A DNA stretch of 64,000 nucleotides, taken from the NCBI GenBank assembly GCA_964465945.1, contig CAYXMM010000005.1, forward strand, positions 30,703 to 94,702, given 5' to 3'. Source of the stretch: an uncultured Hyphomicrobiales bacterium. Lineage in GTDB: Bacteria; Bacteroidota; Ignavibacteria; Kapaibacteriales; UBA2268. Of the stretch, positions 57,244 through 64,000 are shown piece by piece; position 1 is the stretch's first letter; every line of letters starts with the position of its first letter. Both the position numbers and the translations under genes were made by a program. The notes under the pieces were generated by a model. That model ran no database searches and was not told the DNA's origin. It was given only the letters and a program-made list of their open reading frames with translations.

Positions 57244-58029
57244 ATGCGAAAAACATTAATAATATTGTTAATTTCTTTAACATTTATTTCCTGCTCTGAA
57301 AGCAACACAACAGAGCCAGAAGATAAACAAACTACTTATTCCTATTTAGAACTTCCAGACACAACACTCGGTCAAATAGTCCACCATCATAATTATACTT
57401 TATCTTATGCTGAGGAATACGAACAAGCATATTGGGTGGCTTATGAATTAGTATCAACAGAACTTGTTAAGAATTACGAACGAACAGACGATTTTATTAT
57501 AGACCCTGCCGTAATAACTGGCAGTGCAGAAGCAAGCGACTACAAAGGAAGCGGTTACGATAGGGGTCATTTAATGCCAGCAGCAGTATGCACTTGGGAT
57601 TCTACTGCAATGGCTGAAAGTTTCTTTTACTCAAATGTATCCCCTCAAAATGCTTCGTTTAATCGTGGTGTTTGGTCTCGACTCGAAGATTTAGAAAGAG
57701 AACTTGTTACTAAATATGATACAGTTTGGGTGGTAGTAACTCCGATATTTAATAATGTAACAAAATATATAGGTGCAAACGGGGTAGCAGTTCCAAGCGA
57801 TTACGGACGTGCCTTTTTAGTCAATGATAACGGAGTTTATAAAGGAATTGCATTTATACTTAGTAACGAAGCCAAGTCGTCCGACTACGATATAATCGAA
57901 AATGCTTCATATACAATAGACGCATTAGAAAAAAGAATTGGTATTGATTTATTCTTTCAACTTGACAATCAAATTGAAGATATTTTAGAAAGTAAAATCA
58001 GTAAAGAGATGTTTGAGGGGATTAAGTGA
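57244..58029 (+). CDS. Secreted lipoprotein DNA/RNA non-specific endonuclease (Endonuclease_NS, DRGH motif)
   Basis: 261 aa; lipobox LTFISC; SGYDRGHLMPAA active-site motif of Serratia/NucA-type nucleases. Confidence 0.75.
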   Translation: MRKTLIILLISLTFISCSESNTTEPEDKQTTYSYLELPDTTLGQIVHHHNYTLSYAEEYEQAYWVAYELVSTELVKNYERTDDFIIDPAVITGSAEASDYKGSGYDRGHLMPAAVCTWDSTAMAESFFYSNVSPQNASFNRGVWSRLEDLERELVTKYDTVWVVVTPIFNNVTKYIGANGVAVPSDYGRAFLVNDNGVYKGIAFILSNEAKSSDYDIIENASYTIDALEKRIGIDLFFQLDNQIEDILESKISKEMFEGIK

Positions 58030-58219
58030 ATAACAAATATATGAATCTTTAAAAAATTATGGTGAAACACCCGATACTAATAAACAAAGATTAAAAAATT
58101 ATTTATTTTTCCAAATATTTTAGAATATTTATTGAAATTATTCTATTCTTAATTCCATATAAAAATTACAATTTTCATTATACAAATACTGACGGAGTAA
58201 TTGAATATTATAAAAGTAT

Positions 58220-58294
58220 CGTCCTTTATTCACTCCGCACTTAAACGAATAGGTAAAGGACGAGATTAGGCACGCTATTTTAAAGGGACTGGGT
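58220..58294 (+). pseudogene. Degraded 3' fragment of a MuG-like virion morphogenesis gene (homologous to 33361-33435)
   Basis: ~75 bp aligning with the end of ORF 33001-33438 (38-bp core 35/38 identical); translates RPLFTPHLNE* versus RPLFTSLLNEETKDEIKHAILKGLV*. Confidence 0.4.
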
Positions 58295-58911
58295 GAGAGA
58301 GATTTATATCTTCCTTTTTATTCAAAGAAGTGTTTAAATATTTCATATCTTTGAATGATTGCGGATAATATTATATTTATTATAATGCTTAAAGATAAAA
58401 TTAAAGTAGCAAATTTGATTTTATTAAAAACTACCTTTTTCCGTTCTTCCCAATGTATATAATTTTTATTTATTAGAAAAAGTATAATACTAATAAAAAT
58501 TATTAATATAACTGATATTGTAAAAAAGCCACTAATAGTATTATTACCTTTAGTTTGTGTGATAAATGCAGTGAGAATAGCAATTAATGCTGTGAAAACT
58601 GTTACAATTTCTATTGTCTTATTCTCAAATTTATTTATTTTTGCATCAAGGTTTTCTTTAATATTATTCTTTTCTTTTTCTAAATAATATTTACTTTTAA
58701 ACTCATTTATTTTCCTTTTATATCCTTTTGATTTTAATTTTTCAATTTCAAAACTTACTGGAATAAAAATCTTAATTACGTGTGTAAATCCAAGAATGGT
58801 TTATATTTTTGAAGAAATGTAAATTATTTAAATATTTTTAAAAAAAACTTTAAACGTGCTTGTAAGTCGTTTATAATATAGAAAAAAATTTTATTTTTTT
58901 AAGAAAAAAAA

Positions 58912-60084
58912 TTATTCCAAAGCACTCCTTACAGCATTTACTGCTTCACTTTGAGTAATTTTAACATATTCATCGAATGAACGTCTATTACGATGACCTG
59001 TTATTTTCATAATTTGTTCTGGAAGTAATCCTTTACGGAGTAATCTTGTTATAAAAGTTCGACGTGCTGTGTGGCTGGATATTAATTCATACTTTGGTTT
59101 AATTGTATCAACTCTTTTGCCACCTCTCCAAGAAGTTACGAGTGTAGGAGCATCTATTCCAGCAAGTTTACAGACTTCTTTAATATATTGATTGTATTTA
59201 ACATCAGAAATTACTGGCAATACATTCTGATATTTATCAAATATCGTTAAAATTGATGAAGAAATAGGTATTCTAATTATTTCTGCAGTTTTTATTGTTA
59301 TTGTATGTAGCTCTTTACGTTTAATATTGATATTTTCAGGTTTTAAATTTAGTAAGTCAGATATTCGTAGTCCAGTATAACATTGAATTAAAAATAAATC
59401 TTTTACTTTTTGTAGTCGATGGTTTAATTCAACGTTTTTAATCTCCGTAATTTCGTCTTCATCTAAAGCAATTAATGTAGAATAATAATTATTTAACTCA
59501 ACTTTAAAAGAGTTTAAATAGTTAATATTATAGTTAGGATTTTGTCTCGAATATTCTCTTATTATTGTTTTAAATCTCTTCATTATTCTAACGATGTAAG
59601 AATTACTATACTCATTTCGCATTAGATATTCTTTAAAATCAATTAATACGTTAAGATTTATATTGTTGAAATCAAGATTAGGATTAAATTTATATATTAA
59701 ATTGCTAAAAACCGAATATGTAACTTGTGTCTTCTCATTTGCATATTTTGACTTATACTTGTTAATAAAATCAATAACTTTCGAATTAGAACTCTTCTTG
59801 GAGTTATAATTGCAAATAATATCTTCAATAGATGTAATATTAAAATTATTATAATTATTTATTATTAAATACTCTTGAATTAGTTCTGACAAATTCTTTA
59901 TTTTTGTATTTAAGAGAAAAGAATTCTTATCTATTGATTTTACAATTTGTTTTTTTGCGTCCCAATTTTTAGATTTAACAGAAATATTTGTCGTTATTCT
60001 GTATCTATGATTTAGATGTCGTAAGTCAAGATAAATTCTACTTGTTTCTTTTGTCCTATCTTTTAAATATAATCTGAATTTCAT
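58912..60084 (-). CDS. Tyrosine site-specific integrase
   Basis: 390 aa; C-terminal catalytic domain with …R… HTARRTF … GHRNRRSFDEYVKI (R-H-R-Y pattern); adjacent to attR. Confidence 0.85.
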   Translation of the reverse strand: MKFRLYLKDRTKETSRIYLDLRHLNHRYRITTNISVKSKNWDAKKQIVKSIDKNSFLLNTKIKNLSELIQEYLIINNYNNFNITSIEDIICNYNSKKSSNSKVIDFINKYKSKYANEKTQVTYSVFSNLIYKFNPNLDFNNINLNVLIDFKEYLMRNEYSNSYIVRIMKRFKTIIREYSRQNPNYNINYLNSFKVELNNYYSTLIALDEDEITEIKNVELNHRLQKVKDLFLIQCYTGLRISDLLNLKPENINIKRKELHTITIKTAEIIRIPISSSILTIFDKYQNVLPVISDVKYNQYIKEVCKLAGIDAPTLVTSWRGGKRVDTIKPKYELISSHTARRTFITRLLRKGLLPEQIMKITGHRNRRSFDEYVKITQSEAVNAVRSALE

Positions 60085-60219
60085 AAGTGCCTTTTTTAGT
60101 GTCTTTATAAAGCAAAATTATGTATTATTCAAATTACATACAAATATAAAATAAAGATATAATTATGTTATATTGCTAATAAATGCGTTTTAAATATAAT
60201 TCAAATATAAATATTGTAA

Positions 60220-60238
60220 TCCCGTAGGGATCACTTAA
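60220..60238. repeat. attR core: second copy of tcccgtagggatcacttaa
   Basis: Identical to 7992-8010. Confidence 0.8.
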
Positions 60239-60241
60239 ATC

Positions 60242-60273
60242 AAGCCACAAATAATATATTGTGGCTTTTTTTA
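60242..60273 (+). terminator. Intrinsic terminator immediately after attR (probably the original tRNA-Glu terminator displaced by integration)
   Basis: aagccacaa-ataatatat-ttgtggctt followed by TTTTTTT. Confidence 0.5.
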
Positions 60274-60956
60274 TTTCCACACTGACAAAATCACGGACAA
60301 AATTAGCATAATGTGTTGATTTTTGCAAATTCAATTAACTTTAATAAGATAACCTAAACGCAGATTTAAACCCTATTTTCTATTGAGGGAAGTGTCCGTT
60401 AGGGCGATGGGTGATTTTTTACTCGTCATATTGAGCACAACAAAGACCTTCAATCAAAAAAATTCCCCTCTACCAGGGGGGGGTCGGCTTGCCGACGGGG
60501 TGTTTTGTATTAAAAATACTTCGTAGAAGTATAATATTAATAGAAAAATAAATACAAAAGTTAAACTGCTCCGTAGTAGTAGTATAAAAAAAAATCATCT
60601 TCGGAAGGTTCCAAACACTTCCAAAGGTTTAGAATGACAACGTTTAAAATGAAAAAATTTCTTGCAGACGAAAACGACAATATTTTTACGCATATCTTGT
60701 AATTATTAAATATATAAAATAATTACACGAGTTCAAAAAAAATCCAAAATTGCCAGAATCTGCAAGAATCATACAATAACACATCAAAACTCAGATTTTA
60801 TAAATAAAATAAAAGTAGTTGAATTGAATAGAGTATCAACAAACAATAATTTTGTAAAAATAAAAGTTCTTTGAAATATAAAGTAAGCACAAAAAAAAAG
60901 TCCACCTAAACAACATTAAGTGAACTTTTAAAAATAGGATATATTAAAACTAAAAA

Positions 60957-62348
60957 TTAACTGACTAGTTGTCCAAAAAGAGTTCCTGAAGTTGAACGAT
61001 CAATTTTAACTTTAACAATATCGCCAACTTTAATCAAGTCATTATGAGGGAAAATTGCCACTTTGTTAGTGTCTGTTCTACCTTGCCATTCGTTAGACTT
61101 CTTCTTACTTTCGCCTTCAACTAAAACTTCGTGAACTCTACCAATTTCAGTTAAATTAATTTCACCGGAAATCATTTGCTGCTGGTCGATTATTTCTTGT
61201 AATCTGCGGGTTTTAACTTCTTCTGGAACGTCATCTTCAAATTTTTCAGCAAGCGTATTTTCTCTTACAGAATACTTAAACATATAAGCACCATCATAGC
61301 GAACTTCTCTCATTAAAGATAAAGTTTCTTGATGGTCTTCTTCTGTTTCAGTGCAGAATCCAGAGATAATATCAGTTGAAAGTGCAATATCAGGAATCGC
61401 AGAACGAATTGCTTCGATTCTTTTTAAATATTCTTCACGATTGTAATCTCTTCGCATTTTTTTAAGAACAGCCGAAGAGCCAGATTGAACAGGTAAATGA
61501 ATATAATTACATATATTTGCATAAGTTGCGTGTGCTTCAATTAAGCCATCACTCATATCGTGAGGGTGAGATGTAGTATATCGGATTCTCATATTCGGAA
61601 CAGCTTTTGCGCATTCAGTAAGTAATTTAGGGAAATCTTGAGATGCATCTTTGTCAAAGTATGAATTAACATTTTGACCTAAAAGTGTTACTTCTTTAAT
61701 TCCACTATCATAAAGTTTTTTAACTTCATCTACAACCGATTTTAAGGTTCTTGAGCGTTCACGCCCTCTTGTGTATGGAACAACACAAAAAGCACAGAAA
61801 TTATTACATCCGCGCATAATTGAAATCCAAGCAGAAATGCCTTGAGTTCTTAGTGGAGTTATATCTTCATAAGTCTCAACTTTACTAAGTTTTACGGCTA
61901 TTCCTTGTTCTCCATCAAAAGCGTTAGAAACAAGAGCTGGTATGCTTCTATATTCATCAGGACCAACAACTAAGCTAACAAGATCGCGTTCGCCAATTAG
62001 TTTGCCTTTCATTCGTTCAGCCATACAGCCAAGAATACCGACAACTAATTTATTATGTTTTCTTCTTTTTAAGCCCCTAAGTTGCGATAATCTATTGAAA
62101 ATTTTCTTTTCTGCATTATCGCGAACTGAGCAAGTATTCAATAAAATTACATTTGATTCATTAATATTTTCAGTTAAGAAATAGCCCGCATCTGACATTA
62201 TTGAAGCAACAATTTCAGAATCAGCCACATTCATTTGGCAACCATAAGTTTCAATATATACTCCAAGTGCATTTGGGTTCTTAGTAGTGCTAGTGTTTGA
62301 TTTTTTAGGGGCAGTAATATCAATATACATTATATCAATTTCTTTCAA
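60957..62348 (-). CDS. miaB: tRNA-i6A37 methylthiotransferase MiaB (radical SAM MTTase)
   Basis: 463 aa; N-terminal MTTase domain, CNNFCAFC radical-SAM cysteine motif, C-terminal TRAM domain. Confidence 0.85.
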   Translation of the reverse strand: MKEIDIMYIDITAPKKSNTSTTKNPNALGVYIETYGCQMNVADSEIVASIMSDAGYFLTENINESNVILLNTCSVRDNAEKKIFNRLSQLRGLKRRKHNKLVVGILGCMAERMKGKLIGERDLVSLVVGPDEYRSIPALVSNAFDGEQGIAVKLSKVETYEDITPLRTQGISAWISIMRGCNNFCAFCVVPYTRGRERSRTLKSVVDEVKKLYDSGIKEVTLLGQNVNSYFDKDASQDFPKLLTECAKAVPNMRIRYTTSHPHDMSDGLIEAHATYANICNYIHLPVQSGSSAVLKKMRRDYNREEYLKRIEAIRSAIPDIALSTDIISGFCTETEEDHQETLSLMREVRYDGAYMFKYSVRENTLAEKFEDDVPEEVKTRRLQEIIDQQQMISGEINLTEIGRVHEVLVEGESKKKSNEWQGRTDTNKVAIFPHNDLIKVGDIVKVKIDRSTSGTLFGQLVS

Positions 62349-62475
62349 AAAGTAAAAAAAGTAATAACAAAATTAAATAATTTTATTAAATTATCAATAT
62401 TCTAAATTCAATTCCAATTTTATTTCTTAATTTATCGAAATTTATTTTGTAAAATTTTAAATAATAGGATAATTT

Positions 62476-64000
62476 ATGAGAATATCAATCTACTTAGGAC
62501 TTTTCTTAATTTCTATTACATCACTTTTTTCTCAAAGCAAAGACACTCCTTCATTTTTAAGGTATTATGAGTATTCAACAAGTATGATGCAAGCTCCTGA
62601 TGCTGCATTCAAATTTGGACTTTATGGCTATTCTAACCCTGCAATTACAAGTTATCTCCACGATGCTGATATGCAATTAACTTATGCTTCTAATGCATCT
62701 AATGATTTAGATAAAATTGGGGTTTTCACTGGCTCGCAAAATTCAGGATTTGGCTTAATTTATGGCAAATATCAAGATTTAGCAAGTAAGAAATATGAAG
62801 TTTATGATTATCGATATTCATTTGCTTTTGGTGGCAAAAATCTATCTTTTGGATTAGGTTATGGTTTTGTTGGAGGCGATAAATCCAAAGCAGGTAGAAG
62901 TAATTCTTGGCAATGGTCATTTTTATATCGACCAAATGGAAATATCTCATTATCCGGAGGTCAAACTCGTTCAATTGATAAGAATGACTATGAGACTAAT
63001 GCTCAAGTTGCAATAAGACCCATCGCATCTTATCCACTTGCTCTTTTTGCTGATGCTTCATTATATAGATCAAATAGTCAAGATTTAGGCGATATTTTTG
63101 ATGATGAAAATGGATTAAATAATGCTTTAAGATATAGTTATGGTATTTCTTGGGAATTTATTCGTGGTATAAGAGCAAATTATAGAATGTTTAGCAAGCC
63201 ATTTGTAAATGGAGTTGAGATAGATGGTGACTACTATTCATTTGGACTTGACTTAAGTATGGGTACTTATGGGTTGTCAGCGATGATGGGAAGTAATTCG
63301 GATAATAAATTGTTTCAATCGTTTACTTATAGAACAGGTGCAAAAGATAGATCTTTGGTAGATGATTTAGGCATTGTCTTTTTTCAATATTATGTGAGTT
63401 ATAATTTATCTGGTACAATAAAATATCAACGTAGCCCTTTCTTTGACAATTCAAGTACATTACTTAATATTTTGCAAGATTTTGAAAATATTAAAAATAG
63501 TAAATCAATTAGAGGAATTGTTATTAATGCGACTGGCTTTTCTGCTAACCCTTCTATTTCTTGGGAAATTCGAGAAAAATTAAAGGAACTAAAAAAAGCT
63601 GGTAAAAGGGTTATAATTTTTATTGAAAGAACTGGCTTAGAAGGGTATCATTTTGCTTCTGTTGCAGACGAAATTGTAATGGACGAAATGGGCACTGTTT
63701 CTCCTTCTGGTTATGTCCTTGGCGGTAGTTATTATAAAAATATGCTTGAGAAGTTAAAAATTGGCTACGAAGAACTTCGCTTGTTCAAATATAAATCTGC
63801 AGCTGAACGATTTGCTCGCGAAGATATGTCCGAAGGGCAAAGAGAGCAACTTCAAGCACTAATAGATAGTTGGTATAAAACAACAACAGAGGAGATTGTT
63901 GCTGGAAGACCACAAATTGAAATTGCAGATGTAGATAAATTAGTAAATGACAAACTTTTCTATTTTACGAGTGAATTAAAAGAGAAAAAATTTATTGATG
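62476..64000 (+). CDS. Partial (3'-truncated) signal-peptide-bearing protein with C-terminal SppA/S49-like peptidase region
   Basis: Frame 1 open from ATG 62476 to the window end (checked codon by codon); MRISIYLGLFLISITSLFSQ signal peptide; …IRGIVINATGF…AGKRVIIFIERTGLEGYHFASVADEIVMDEMGTV resembles the SppA ClpP/crotonase-fold core. Confidence 0.5.
   Translation, partial: MRISIYLGLFLISITSLFSQSKDTPSFLRYYEYSTSMMQAPDAAFKFGLYGYSNPAITSYLHDADMQLTYASNASNDLDKIGVFTGSQNSGFGLIYGKYQDLASKKYEVYDYRYSFAFGGKNLSFGLGYGFVGGDKSKAGRSNSWQWSFLYRPNGNISLSGGQTRSIDKNDYETNAQVAIRPIASYPLALFADASLYRSNSQDLGDIFDDENGLNNALRYSYGISWEFIRGIRANYRMFSKPFVNGVEIDGDYYSFGLDLSMGTYGLSAMMGSNSDNKLFQSFTYRTGAKDRSLVDDLGIVFFQYYVSYNLSGTIKYQRSPFFDNSSTLLNILQDFENIKNSKSIRGIVINATGFSANPSISWEIREKLKELKKAGKRVIIFIERTGLEGYHFASVADEIVMDEMGTVSPSGYVLGGSYYKNMLEKLKIGYEELRLFKYKSAAERFAREDMSEGQREQLQALIDSWYKTTTEEIVAGRPQIEIADVDKLVNDKLFYFTSELKEKKFID

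Larger units (their letters stand above)
7992..60238. mobile_element. Complete integrated temperate tailed phage (~52.2 kb) in tRNA-Glu
   Basis: 19-bp direct repeats at both ends, tyrosine integrase at the right end, CI/Cro switch, replication, packaging, head, tail and lysis-like genes in between. Confidence 0.85.

Noticed and set aside
62726-62974. 82-aa minus-strand ORF
   Set aside because: Antisense inside the SppA-like ORF, which is open for over 1500 nt.

Overview
AT-rich (~30% GC) bacterial chromosome segment; the host looks diderm (OmpA-family lipoprotein, lipoboxes). Host genes flank both ends. Left: a partial LRR-like ORF, an APC amino-acid permease, a SAM O-methyltransferase, an OmpA/vWA lipoprotein, a membrane glycosyltransferase, a PLP Cys/Met enzyme and a GNAT. 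Right: miaB and a partial SppA-like ORF. Between them lies a complete ~52 kb tailed prophage integrated into the 3' end of tRNA-Glu(UUC). It is bounded by a 19-bp direct repeat, tcccgtagggatcacttaa, at 7992-8010 and 60220-60238. A tyrosine integrase sits at the right end (58912-60084). A phage-borne terminator rebuilds the tRNA end on the left, and the original host terminator is now displaced to attR. Prophage layout, left to right: a leftward late operon (prohead protease/scaffold, capsid, connectors, a putative embedded lysis cassette with a CHAP lysin, fibre-like proteins, a phage tRNA-Met, tube, an 823-aa structural protein, and an 1855-aa tape measure as the last gene). This is followed by a rightward packaging operon (ParB-nuclease/DNA-methylase fusion, TerS, TerL, portal-MuF fusion, MuG-like protein). 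Next comes a leftward early/replication module (VRR-NUC, DnaB, HNH, HD, SF2 helicase, DnaA-C-like HTH, N6A-MTase, YqaJ exonuclease, RecT-like, Cro-like), then a rightward CI(S24) repressor followed by a secreted-protein/DRGH-nuclease moron. The most interesting part is a 4.1 kb accessory island (33450-37566) wedged between the head genes and the replication module. It holds a translationally coupled three-gene operon (GHKL/anti-sigma-kinase-like ATPase, STAS-like SSFxDxxFGEL protein, small TM protein). Directly upstream of that operon lies an amidoligase (Amidoligase_2-like) with two AIG2/GGCT cyclotransferases and two small peptide ORFs. That gene set has the signature of a predicted but uncharacterised phage peptide-tagging/ligation system. 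Other points: a 12-bp tandem-repeat array in the divergent late/packaging promoter, GAAACG operator repeats between cI and cro, and a 75-bp degraded copy of the MuG-like gene 3' end next to the integrase.
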